From NCBI GenBank assembly GCA_963809925.1, contig CAWELH010000005.1, positions 87,196 through 151,195 of the forward strand: 64,000 nt of DNA, written 5' to 3'. This document shows positions 51,247-60,782 of this stretch, in pieces; positions within the stretch are counted from its first letter, which is position 1; each line of letters begins with the position of its first letter. Under the pieces are notes generated by a model, which was not told the DNA's origin, did no database searches, and worked only from the letters and a program-made list of their open reading frames with translations. Source of the DNA: an uncultured Bacteroidales bacterium (GTDB lineage Bacteria > Bacteroidota > Bacteroidia > Bacteroidales > GCA-2748055). The position numbers and the translations under genes are program-made.

Positions 51247-51488
51247 CAGGCATGATGATTTTTCTCCACCGCCCGGCATATATCGCCGTAGGTCCTCATT
51301 GTAAGCATATCATCAAGACCAAACCTGATCCCGAATTCCTTTTCTATCCCGGTGATCAGCATGATATGTTTCAGGCTGTCCCACTCACGGATATCCTTTG
51401 GACTGGTATTGTCATTGATATCATCTTCAACTGTAAATGTATGTGTAAATACAGTCAGGACCCGTCGTTTTATTTCTTCCATTTCCAT
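51246..51488 (-). CDS. Acyl/aminoacyl carrier protein
   Basis: 80 aa, acidic; WDSL phosphopantetheine Ser motif; IEKEFGIRF. Confidence 0.9.
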   Translation of the reverse strand: MEMEEIKRRVLTVFTHTFTVEDDINDNTSPKDIREWDSLKHIMLITGIEKEFGIRFGLDDMLTMRTYGDICRAVEKNHHA

Positions 51489-51499
51489 AACGCGTACAT

Positions 51500-52270
51500 T
51501 CAGAATTTCCCCACCATCCAGAAAATGCCAAAGTGGCTGTTTTCAGTGAATCCCAGCTTTTTATAAACAGGGTAACCCGCAGATGTGGAGTGAAGCACAA
51601 ATTTACGAAACCCTTTCCGGATAAAATAATCCATAGCCTCCGAAGTGATCCAAGTTCCATACCCCTTACCTCTGAATTCACTCTTTGTTGACACCATGTA
51701 AATGCCTGTCGTATCACCATTCCGGAATCCCAGGAGGGTGGCCACAGTTTTCTTCTGTCTCAGTATTCTGAAGAATTCAAATTCAGGAGCATTGAGTGCT
51801 GGACGAAATAACCGGTAATCAATGGTCTTTCCGCTCATTACCTCATGATTCACTACATCAAGCCATTCCCGTAGTTCCCTTTCGCCTGTGATCCGTTCAA
51901 TGGTTATGTCCCTAGACGGAGCCAGACGGCCAAAGATCGTTTCCTTCACCATCTCCATCCCAGACCATAAATTGATTTGTCGAATCCCATATTCTGCAAC
52001 TGACGCTGCAAACTCATCCCCTGGTACTATTTCTCTCAGCCAGAAGGCGGGCAACTCGCGGTTGCGCATTTTTTCACAGATCTCCCCGATGATGTCTGTG
52101 GAAAGCTTACCGCCACCGAACACATAAGAAGGCCAGCTGCCGTCGGGATTCAGTACATAGCTGATGCCGTTTGCTTCGCCTGTTGGGAGTCCGGAGAGCA
52201 TGGCAATCCTTTTATAAAAACTGGTGAGATTGGATCCGGTTTCTGTTTCCAGGCTCATTTGCTGATCCAT
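51500..52270 (-). CDS. GNAT acyltransferase
   Basis: GIYMVSTKSEFRGKGYG, LHSTSAGYPVYKKLGF. Confidence 0.85.
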   Translation of the reverse strand: MDQQMSLETETGSNLTSFYKRIAMLSGLPTGEANGISYVLNPDGSWPSYVFGGGKLSTDIIGEICEKMRNRELPAFWLREIVPGDEFAASVAEYGIRQINLWSGMEMVKETIFGRLAPSRDITIERITGERELREWLDVVNHEVMSGKTIDYRLFRPALNAPEFEFFRILRQKKTVATLLGFRNGDTTGIYMVSTKSEFRGKGYGTWITSEAMDYFIRKGFRKFVLHSTSAGYPVYKKLGFTENSHFGIFWMVGKF

Positions 52271-53763
52271 TTATAAAGTTCCCTGCGATCGATCTTACCA
52301 CTCACAAGCTTCGGGAGTTCATCCAGGTTAATGATGCGTCCTGGAATCATATATGAAGGCAGTTTTTTTCTTAAATACTCAAGCACCTCCTTTTCATGAC
52401 CCTTGCGGTCTTCAGTAAAAAGGCATATTTCCATTGTACCGGCTTCTTTCTCGGCTGCGATTGCGATAACATTTGGTTGTGAGAGAACATCGCGGGCATG
52501 CTTCTCAATTTCACCGAGTTCTACCCTGAAGCCATGAATCTGAACCTGATTGTCCATTCTTCCGCAATACATCACATCTCCTTCATCGTCGACGTATACA
52601 AGATCTCCTGTACGATAATAACGGCGTGATTCACCGTTATGGTCCAGGTCAAAAAAAGCTTCCGCGGTCTTCGCAGGATCCTTCCAATAGCCACGGGTAA
52701 TCTGATCACCGGAGATGCATAATTCACCCTGCCTATGAGCTTGCACAGGTTTTAGTTTCCGGTCCACAACCACCATAATGTTTTCTCCAAAGACCTTCCC
52801 TATGGAAACGATACCCCCATGTGATTTTTGTGACGAGTTTTCAGCACTCCAGCTATAGATGAGGCAATTTATGGTGGCTTCCGTTGGACCATATACATTT
52901 TGTATCCTTGCATTTGGGACCGATGCGGCCCAGGCTTCAGCAAGGATTGATGGAAACGCTTCTCCCCCAAGCAGACAATACCGCAGGCTATCCAGCCTGA
53001 TGGAACTAAAATACGGCTTAAGATATGCCAGTGTTGATGGCGGCATTTTCACAAACGTAAGCTGTTGCTCCTGCATAAGTTTGTATGCGTACAGGTATTT
53101 TATTTCTTTCTGGGGTACCGTGTATACACAGCCTCCCACGGTCAGAGGTACGGTGTAGCAATGCACAGAAGCATCGAATGACAAGTCGTATATCTGTAAA
53201 AACCGGTCCTCAGGAGTGAAATTGTACCCTGCCGAAATGAAAGAGCTGACGAAGGAATTCAAATTTCTTCTGCTTATGGGCACCCCTTTGGGTTCTCCTG
53301 TGCTGCCAGAGGTGAAAAGCACATAAAAATCGTCGTCGGGATTTGCCGGTACTTGCGTTGGATCTGCTTTTACCGATATGCCGGTGGTCCGCCGGAATGT
53401 GACAGTGCAACCCTCCGGCAATGCAGACAAGGGAATATCCATGGAATGAAGGATATGTGTTATCCCAGTCTGCTGAAGGATATTTTCATTTCGTGAGGAC
53501 GGATTCATGGGATTAAGCGGTACGAAAGCCCTGCCGCTGAACCAAGTGGCAAATATCGTCGCATAGGTCTCAAGATCATCAAAAGTATAGATCGCCAGAT
53601 ATCTCTTATCCGGTGGAACATCGTTGGAGATAAGTGCCTGAATAGATCCGGTTTTCTTCCTCAATTCCTCATAAGAGTAACTTACTCCCTGAATGTAAAA
53701 GGCATTCCTTTCAGGATATTGCTCAAAATTTTCAAGTAACCTGTCAAGAAAAGAAAAATGCAT
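52255..53763 (-). CDS. Stand-alone amino-acid adenylation enzyme (DltA-like carrier-protein ligase)
   Basis: A3 YVLFTSGSTGEPKG, A4 SFDASV, A5 NVYGPTEAT, A7 YRTGDL, A8 GR.D.QV...GFRVELGEIE, A10 SGKIDR. Confidence 0.92.
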   Translation of the reverse strand: MHFSFLDRLLENFEQYPERNAFYIQGVSYSYEELRKKTGSIQALISNDVPPDKRYLAIYTFDDLETYATIFATWFSGRAFVPLNPMNPSSRNENILQQTGITHILHSMDIPLSALPEGCTVTFRRTTGISVKADPTQVPANPDDDFYVLFTSGSTGEPKGVPISRRNLNSFVSSFISAGYNFTPEDRFLQIYDLSFDASVHCYTVPLTVGGCVYTVPQKEIKYLYAYKLMQEQQLTFVKMPPSTLAYLKPYFSSIRLDSLRYCLLGGEAFPSILAEAWAASVPNARIQNVYGPTEATINCLIYSWSAENSSQKSHGGIVSIGKVFGENIMVVVDRKLKPVQAHRQGELCISGDQITRGYWKDPAKTAEAFFDLDHNGESRRYYRTGDLVYVDDEGDVMYCGRMDNQVQIHGFRVELGEIEKHARDVLSQPNVIAIAAEKEAGTMEICLFTEDRKGHEKEVLEYLRKKLPSYMIPGRIINLDELPKLVSGKIDRRELYKWISK

Positions 53764-53787
53764 ATCATTCTGAATTTGAATATTATA

Positions 53788-54834
53788 TCACTTATTCGAA
53801 GTAGTCTGCCTGATAATTCTGTTCCGACCGGCTAATGATTTCAGTATGTAATAAAAGTACTCTGATTTAAGATATTTCTCAGCATTTGGACCTGATTTTT
53901 CCAATGGTATCCTCTGGTAGTGAGGATAAGGCTCATCCTCCTTCAACCCTGATGTGCCGAAAGAAGCATCAAGAAAGCCTGATTTGCTATCGTACAACCG
54001 ACGGAAAACATCGCTGCCCGTACCTGTATCGCTGAATGGAAAGGAAAACAGGGAATAGCTTAAATCAAACCTTTCCTTTATACCCTTCACACTACGTTCA
54101 ATCTCTTCAATCTGTGCCCCATCATCCAGGCTGTGAAATGACGGATGGTCAAGGCTGTGTCCCCCAACAAAGAATCCCTTTTGAATGAGGCGGCTTATTT
54201 CCTCATCATTCATATAGGGTCTGTGTACAGATAAATAATTTTCGAAATCGACTTCAAGATAGGTGGCCAGTACTGAAATGATGGCATTCGAATCATACCC
54301 AATCTTAAGTATTGCAGCCGCCAGACTTTCCCTGTCAAACTTTGGCACTCCCATTGCACCCGATATTTTTTTAAGGGTTTCTGTCCCAATGCCCGGCTTT
54401 TTCAAGGCTTCGAGGAGCAATGAAACCTTGTATCGGTAAAAAAGTCCCTGATTTCCAATGAAATTATTATTCAGAAAGAAAATGGCATTAATTCCCTTTG
54501 ACTCAAGAATAGGTGCAACGATTCTTTTTACTTCGGAAAGCCCGTCGTCGAAACTGAGGATAAAAGCCGGCTTTTGATGTTGTTTTGGAGGATTATTATT
54601 CAGCAACAGCTCTGGTGATGCCGGTTCAAAATACCTGAGCAGGTCCTCAATATCCTTTTTAAATTCAACGATGCCCTTAACCCGGTAGAGATGCCTGATA
54701 TGCGGAGGAGGAGCGTCGCTGATCAAATGATAGAACGGAAAAATAAGAACCTTCCCGGTCCGGCGAATCATCCTCTCCAATGAAAATAATGAAGCCAGCG
54801 GCAAAATTAAGTTTCGCAGTTCAGCCATGCTCAT
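53788..54834 (-). CDS. Polysaccharide deacetylase (CE4/NodB-like)
   Basis: PFYH, LSFDDG, GGHSLDHP, FSFPF motifs. Confidence 0.85.
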   Translation of the reverse strand: MSMAELRNLILPLASLFSLERMIRRTGKVLIFPFYHLISDAPPPHIRHLYRVKGIVEFKKDIEDLLRYFEPASPELLLNNNPPKQHQKPAFILSFDDGLSEVKRIVAPILESKGINAIFFLNNNFIGNQGLFYRYKVSLLLEALKKPGIGTETLKKISGAMGVPKFDRESLAAAILKIGYDSNAIISVLATYLEVDFENYLSVHRPYMNDEEISRLIQKGFFVGGHSLDHPSFHSLDDGAQIEEIERSVKGIKERFDLSYSLFSFPFSDTGTGSDVFRRLYDSKSGFLDASFGTSGLKEDEPYPHYQRIPLEKSGPNAEKYLKSEYFYYILKSLAGRNRIIRQTTSNK

Positions 54835-55736
54835 TTTTTTAAAAAGCGGAGAAGTAAAGGTAACCGATTAATTGTAAGTGTATTATATTTAATTTCCCTG
54901 GCTCCGAAGCCGGTAAAAAACCGGGCTATTCCCGGGATATTTGATCCCTCAAAATCGAGTAACATACCTGTACCGGCATACAAGCCGATCAGGTAATCGA
55001 CGATGCCGAACATGGCACGGGAAGCCTTGCCTTCTTCATCCGATACCGGGATCAGGTAGTTGATCCTTCCGTTGGACACAGTAAAAAATGCAGCAGCCAC
55101 CAGCCTGTCTCCGATCCTGGCACCAATAAGACGCCCCCGACCCATGGAAATGACCTTATCTGCAAAACAGTTCATCCATTCATAATGATCGACAGGATAT
55201 TTGACCACGGCATTTTCCCTTTTCAGACGCACCAGATCAGGAATCGTCAATTTCTCGGTAAGCTCCACGAATGGAAGTGACTTTTGAATATTTCGTTTCG
55301 TATTATCAGAATAATTGTCCTTAATTTCCTGATACTTCCTTCCAAGCCTGAGTTCATAATTTGAATTACCGGTGAAGTGGTAGGATGTTCCACCAAGGTC
55401 ATTGGTGAAATTCATGTTAATCTTTGCATATCGGACGAAAGGCGGGATGGCTTTCAGAAATTCATCCACCCGGGCAGCATTGACCCAAGATCGTGAGAAA
55501 ATACCCAACTGCTGACTGTAATATGGCTGAAAAAGGTAAGAGATGCCGGCCTTTTTCTTAAATGTCAGCGGCATAACGGTCCGGTAATCATCTTCAACAA
55601 GCCCTCCCCATCCGGGAGCCGTTAGGTCGAGGTACCACGATAAGGCATAAATCAGTCCAGCCTTTGAACTACTGATACATTCGTCCCATTTTTTACGATC
55701 GATCTTACCTTGTCCGATATAGCTTATCATTGCCAA
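54831..55736 (-). CDS. GNAT/FemAB-like (BioF2-like) acyltransferase
   Basis: IDRKKWDECI, IYALSWYLD, QPYYSQQLG, LDFEGSNIPGIARFF..FGA. Confidence 0.75.
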   Translation of the reverse strand: MAMISYIGQGKIDRKKWDECISSSKAGLIYALSWYLDLTAPGWGGLVEDDYRTVMPLTFKKKAGISYLFQPYYSQQLGIFSRSWVNAARVDEFLKAIPPFVRYAKINMNFTNDLGGTSYHFTGNSNYELRLGRKYQEIKDNYSDNTKRNIQKSLPFVELTEKLTIPDLVRLKRENAVVKYPVDHYEWMNCFADKVISMGRGRLIGARIGDRLVAAAFFTVSNGRINYLIPVSDEEGKASRAMFGIVDYLIGLYAGTGMLLDFEGSNIPGIARFFTGFGAREIKYNTLTINRLPLLLRFLKK

Positions 55737-57048
55737 ATGTTTCTGTTAGCCATCCGTACATTTTTTCATAAACAATCCTCCACCCTTCCCATTCCCCGGT
55801 GTCACAGAGGGAATCGTTATGCCAGACAGGGATGAAGCATCCACCCTCTTCCTTAACCACCGAAGCCAGAAGTTTAATTTTCTTGAAGGCTTCATCCGGA
55901 TTCAGCTTTAAATAGTCTTTAAGTGTCCTGTCCATTACAGTAAATGGAAATATTTTCAATTTAGTAACATCTTCTTTTTCAAGATCATAGAAATAAAATG
56001 GTGAGGAAGTCCCGGCTCTGAATCCCGTTTTATCGGCGTATCCCATGGAGTAATCCTCGGTCAACCCTGCCCCGGCAAAATGACGGTAGGTAGATGGAAA
56101 TGCCAGCCGTAAAAAATGCTGACGGACCCTGGTCAGTGGTTTTCCCGTAAGCTGTTCGATAGTCTGTTTTTCATTTCTGAACACCTTGGGTTTCTCTCCG
56201 GAGTGGTACGAGGGATGAAAACCGATGTTGTATTTTTCTGAAAGGTTGCGGACGAGGGCTTTCCATTCCGGGTTTGTTACCGGATTGTTCAGATCATATT
56301 TTCCACCCTGACCGGCAAGCATGAAGATGATGAGGTTGGCGTTATGGCTTTCTACTATATAATCGTAAGTATCATACGGATCAGGTTCTGAGCCTGCAAG
56401 AATCGAAAATCTCGAAATAAGGTTTTTAAGATCAGCCTTAAGCACTTGTCGTCCTATTCCACCGATCGTCCTGTAAAGCCCCTTGTTCCTTACTGACCAC
56501 GCCACATCGATGTCAATGGTTGGAAGGAAGGATGAAGCCGGGAGAGTAAGAACCAGGGAGGGAAATTTTTGCTTCAGTTTACGGCCAAGTTTGTTTGCCC
56601 AACGGTTTATCACCGGAATTTCGAGAAAGCCATTCCGATATGCCAGGCTCTCAGTTGCCGGGAAACGCCCATGGTGATCGCTGCCGAACGGCAGGTATTC
56701 CTCATATCTCGACATAAGGTAAAACGCTGCGGAAAAAATATCAAAGTCTATATTTCCACTATCGGCAGGAAAAATGTGAATCTCCTCATTCTGCTTTCTG
56801 ATTATCGGATTTAGGGCACGAATCCCATGTTCGGCAAGAAAACCGGAGTCCAAAATATGAAACGAGTCCCGGATTAACTCATGGGAGTAATTAATAACAG
56901 GGCCTTGATATGAAACGCCTTCCTCTTTTACGTTTGAAAATATGATCTTTAATCCCAGCAGTTCGCCAAGGATGAATGAGGCGGCATACCGGAGTCTGGG
57001 GGTGATATTTTCAGCGTAGATCAGCACGGTGTCAGGTTTCAAGTTCAA
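55705..57048 (-). CDS. Polysaccharide-deacetylase-like protein (DUF7033/WbmS-like)
   Basis: DIFSAAFYLMSRYEEY, TIDID, GFHPSY, RQHFLR, DYSMGY...GFRAGT, WHN. Confidence 0.8.
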   Translation of the reverse strand: MNLKPDTVLIYAENITPRLRYAASFILGELLGLKIIFSNVKEEGVSYQGPVINYSHELIRDSFHILDSGFLAEHGIRALNPIIRKQNEEIHIFPADSGNIDFDIFSAAFYLMSRYEEYLPFGSDHHGRFPATESLAYRNGFLEIPVINRWANKLGRKLKQKFPSLVLTLPASSFLPTIDIDVAWSVRNKGLYRTIGGIGRQVLKADLKNLISRFSILAGSEPDPYDTYDYIVESHNANLIIFMLAGQGGKYDLNNPVTNPEWKALVRNLSEKYNIGFHPSYHSGEKPKVFRNEKQTIEQLTGKPLTRVRQHFLRLAFPSTYRHFAGAGLTEDYSMGYADKTGFRAGTSSPFYFYDLEKEDVTKLKIFPFTVMDRTLKDYLKLNPDEAFKKIKLLASVVKEEGGCFIPVWHNDSLCDTGEWEGWRIVYEKMYGWLTETFGNDKLYRTR

Positions 57049-59527
57049 TAATTGTAATCCCGGAACCGCCCCTTTCTACATGTTCATCGGCGTAAGATTT
57101 TACCAGATCGACACCGGAAAGGTACTGGCGAACCAATTCCCGGAGTATGCCGTTTCCCTTCCCGTGCAGAACCCTTAGATGCCGTGCCTGTACCATTACC
57201 GCCTGATCAATGAAATCGGTGAGCATTGCCATGGCTTCATCGGCACGTTTTCCGCGCAGGTCGATGTCGGGGTGAAAATTCATTCTTCTACGGCCAATGT
57301 TCCAGTCGTTGTCAGATGCCTGCATTTGAACAGGGCGGTCCAGTTTTTTATATTTCTCACTGCTGATCTTTTCCAGGGAGGTGATACCAACCACGGTATG
57401 CAGGCTGCCAAAAGCCACAGTGGCTTTTCCTGCACGCATACTGACAACCTCACCCGGTGTCTCCTGCCCTTTCATCAGCACAAAGTCTCCTGCCTTGATT
57501 TCTGTATCTGTTATTTCCTGTCCTTTATCCGGATTCTTTCGCAGTGCCGGATTTCTGGCTTTAATTTTCTCACTGGTTTTCCTGATTTCAACCAGCCGCT
57601 GTTTTAACACATCGCCCTCATTCACCGAGGTTGTATCTGCATTAACTTTCTCACGAAAGGCGTCAAGCCGTTTCCGGGCCTCCCTGGTCTTGTCTTTCTC
57701 AGCCTCCGTCTCCCGGATCTCCCGGATGGTATTCTCGATCTGTCGATTGGTATCTGCAAGCAACCGCTTGGCTTCGTCCCTGGCGTCATGAATGATCTGC
57801 TTTCGCAACTTATCCGTATCACTGAGTTCTACATCATATTTATCCACGATCTCTGTAAGTCGTTTCTCAGCCAGCCTGATGCGCTGGCGTTTGTCTTCCC
57901 AGTATTTTTTATCACGGATTATATCTTTCAGATGCTTTTCAAAATCAACATGATCTTTTCCGATCCTCGACTCCGCTGATTTCAGGATATTTTCAGGCAG
58001 CCCGATTTTTCTGGCGATTTCAAAGGCAAACGATGAACCGGGTCTTCCCGGTGCCAGTTTGAATATCGGCTGCATTTTATTTGTATCAAACAGCATAGCG
58101 CCGTTTATGATGCCATCTGCTGATGCTGCAAAATGCTTAAGATTTGTGTAATGTGTAGTAATAACACCGAAAACTCCTGCTTCATTAAGGTCTTCAAGCA
58201 CCGATTCCGCGATTGCCCCACCCAGCATTGGCTCTGTACCACTTCCGAATTCGTCAATAAGTACCAGGCTGTTTTTTGTGGCATTCCTGGTAAAATATTT
58301 CATATTAATAAGATGGGAACTGTACGTGCTGAGATCATTTTCGATCGATTGTTCATCACCCATGTCCAGGAATATACGCTCGAAGCAGCCGCAAACAGAG
58401 CTCTCATCAATGGTGACGAGAAATCCACATTGCAACATATATTGCAGTAGACCTGCTGTCTGGAGACACACAGATTTACCGCCTGCATTCGGACCCGAGA
58501 TCAGCAGGATCCTGTTTTTCACATCAAGCTTCAGATCTAATGGAACAACCTCATGCTCTTTATTCAATTCACGGAAAGACTGGAGCAGGTTTGGATGTAT
58601 AGCTTTGTGCCAGTCTATTTCAGGATCATTTTTCACAAACGGCATGGTAGCCCCGATGTCAAGCGCAAACCGTGCCCTTGCCCTTACCGAATCGATTTGG
58701 GCCAGAAAGTGATGTGAGTGCTGAAGATCTTCAATATAGGGACGGATAAAATCGGTGAGAGCAATAAGAATTTTAACCTTTTCCCGTCGTTCCGCTATTT
58801 CCAGTTCCCTGAGTTCATTATTGGCTTCCACAACTTCGGCCGGTTCTATAAAAGCGGTTTTACCGGTAGCCGATTCATCGTGAACATACCCTTTGATCTG
58901 CCGCTTATTTATGGCCGGTACCGGGATTACCGGCCTCCCGTTTCGGATCGTCAGACTGGCATCCTCATCAACCAGTCCCTGCTGACGTGCCGTTTCAAGC
59001 AGCCTGTTGATCTTCTTTGATATGGCAGCTTCTTTGCCATTGATCTCACGGCGTAACCGCTGGAGGTCGGGCGAAGCATTATCACGGATCTTCCCGTGTT
59101 TATTCAGAATATTGCCGATCCGGTCAATAACTGCAGGGTAAACCATTACGACAGAAGCCATAGCCAATAACCTTGGATAGCCTTCTTTTGCCCCTGATTT
59201 TAAAAATGTCAGAATGGCTCTGACAGATTCCAGTGTCCGTTTGATATCAAAAAATTCCTGCTCCTCAAGAAAACTACCCTCTACCTTAGCCTTTTTTAAT
59301 GGTTCTGAAATATCGATGAAATAGCCGATAGGAAATTCAGTTTCGCCAAGGATAATACCGCGAAACTCACTTACCTCTTCAAGCCGGCTGCGAATGATGT
59401 CCGGATCGGCAGAGAACGGTGTATTCATAATTTCTTCCCTGCCGGGATCAAAAAGGCAGAATTTTGACGCCTGTTCCCTGATCTTGTCAGCACCGATCTT
59501 TTTCTCGAAATTTTCAGGATATATCAC
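57032..59527 (-). CDS. mutS2: MutS2 (MutS ATPase plus C-terminal Smr domain)
   Basis: ISGPNAGGKS, LSTYSSHL, LIDEFGSGTEP, TTHY, Smr IDLRG...LHGKGNG...GGSG. GTG start; TACCTTTG box at 59546-59553. Confidence 0.95.
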   Translation of the reverse strand: MIYPENFEKKIGADKIREQASKFCLFDPGREEIMNTPFSADPDIIRSRLEEVSEFRGIILGETEFPIGYFIDISEPLKKAKVEGSFLEEQEFFDIKRTLESVRAILTFLKSGAKEGYPRLLAMASVVMVYPAVIDRIGNILNKHGKIRDNASPDLQRLRREINGKEAAISKKINRLLETARQQGLVDEDASLTIRNGRPVIPVPAINKRQIKGYVHDESATGKTAFIEPAEVVEANNELRELEIAERREKVKILIALTDFIRPYIEDLQHSHHFLAQIDSVRARARFALDIGATMPFVKNDPEIDWHKAIHPNLLQSFRELNKEHEVVPLDLKLDVKNRILLISGPNAGGKSVCLQTAGLLQYMLQCGFLVTIDESSVCGCFERIFLDMGDEQSIENDLSTYSSHLINMKYFTRNATKNSLVLIDEFGSGTEPMLGGAIAESVLEDLNEAGVFGVITTHYTNLKHFAASADGIINGAMLFDTNKMQPIFKLAPGRPGSSFAFEIARKIGLPENILKSAESRIGKDHVDFEKHLKDIIRDKKYWEDKRQRIRLAEKRLTEIVDKYDVELSDTDKLRKQIIHDARDEAKRLLADTNRQIENTIREIRETEAEKDKTREARKRLDAFREKVNADTTSVNEGDVLKQRLVEIRKTSEKIKARNPALRKNPDKGQEITDTEIKAGDFVLMKGQETPGEVVSMRAGKATVAFGSLHTVVGITSLEKISSEKYKKLDRPVQMQASDNDWNIGRRRMNFHPDIDLRGKRADEAMAMLTDFIDQAVMVQARHLRVLHGKGNGILRELVRQYLSGVDLVKSYADEHVERGGSGITIIELET

Positions 59528-59635
59528 GGATCATAGATTTACCGGCAAAGGTAATAAAATTATAGTTTCGCGCCTTTCGCCAGATGGCGGATACCAGGCC
59601 ACGTGCTATGCCTGGCAAAGGAAAAATGCAAGGCA

Positions 59636-60643
59636 TTACTGTGGAGGTGCGTACATTAGCGAATCAAGTACAACACCCAGACTGGCAGGGTCAGATTTAA
59701 AGACAATATAGTAATCCTTACCCTTCGGATCATCGATCCACAGGTTCCTGCTCTTTATCCTTTCACCGGGAGCTTTCGGATCTGTCACCTCCATGCGGTT
59801 GGTGCCTCTTATGAGATCAAAGTAGGGGTCGGTTCCCATCACGGCGATGTAGGACGAAATTTCATCCCAGCTGTACCGGTCGCTACCCCCGGTATATATA
59901 CTAAATGCCATGGCCACCGGGTTACTGACACTCGTATAAAGTTCATCAAATTTTCCCCCTGTCATCACCTGCCATCCAATCTCAAATCCGCCATAGATCA
60001 CCTTGACCGGCCAGTGGCTCATTACGTACTCAGCTTCATGTGGGTATGTATTAAGGTTAAACTCTTCGTTTCCCTGAGGAAATTGTCCTCCCATACATGA
60101 CCAGAATTTTACCTTCATTTTCACCAGCTCCGATCCGCTCAGATTGCTGAACTCGTCCGGACCTGATTTAAGCAGATCATCAAGATTGGTCAAAAAACCA
60201 ACCGTGACAATGGTTACTGAATGATCTGGCTGACCAGCAAGTATCTTCCTGTAGAGCTTATACCCTTCCGGAGCAAAACTGCCATTCTGAAGATCATGAG
60301 GGAACGATTCTGCAATCTGTTTGGAGAAACTACTTACCCTGTCGGGGATATTATGACAACCTTTGTAAATGCCAATGGGAATATCGCCGCGGTTATAATA
60401 AGTGTTGATAGCATCAACACAAGCTGCACCCCAGTAACCATCATACGATCTGGAACTTGAAGAGACAACCACCCCAAGAATCTCACACTTTCCCAGCGTC
60501 TGAAGCCTGTGTAACATGGCCAGGGCACCGGCATCATCCACGTCGAGTGCTATATCCGTATCAAAGATAATCCTTGCCGGCTGTGCCGAAGCAAAAGAAT
60601 ATACGGTAAGGAAAACCAACAGGATAATCAGATTTTTTTTCAT
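59636..60643 (-). CDS. Exported inosine/uridine-preferring nucleoside hydrolase family protein
   Basis: Signal peptide after ATG 60643; IIFDTDIALDVDDAGAL; VGFLTNL; MGG; EFN; SWD. Confidence 0.82.
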   Translation of the reverse strand: MKKNLIILLVFLTVYSFASAQPARIIFDTDIALDVDDAGALAMLHRLQTLGKCEILGVVVSSSSRSYDGYWGAACVDAINTYYNRGDIPIGIYKGCHNIPDRVSSFSKQIAESFPHDLQNGSFAPEGYKLYRKILAGQPDHSVTIVTVGFLTNLDDLLKSGPDEFSNLSGSELVKMKVKFWSCMGGQFPQGNEEFNLNTYPHEAEYVMSHWPVKVIYGGFEIGWQVMTGGKFDELYTSVSNPVAMAFSIYTGGSDRYSWDEISSYIAVMGTDPYFDLIRGTNRMEVTDPKAPGERIKSRNLWIDDPKGKDYYIVFKSDPASLGVVLDSLMYAPPQ

Positions 60644-60782
60644 CGAACAATTCTTTTTAATTCTACAATGTTTGTGCAGCCACTCTATTGTGATATACAA
60701 ATATCGTAAAAAAATAATATTTAATATTGAACGCTTGATCTCCCAATGTGTAATCAGGTTATAAAGTTAAACTTAAATCGTC

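Noticed and set aside
52255-53763. Calling the adenylation enzyme dltA or an NRPS
   Set aside because: No dltB/dltD and no C or TE domains; the DltA Cys in the FCGE motif is absent.
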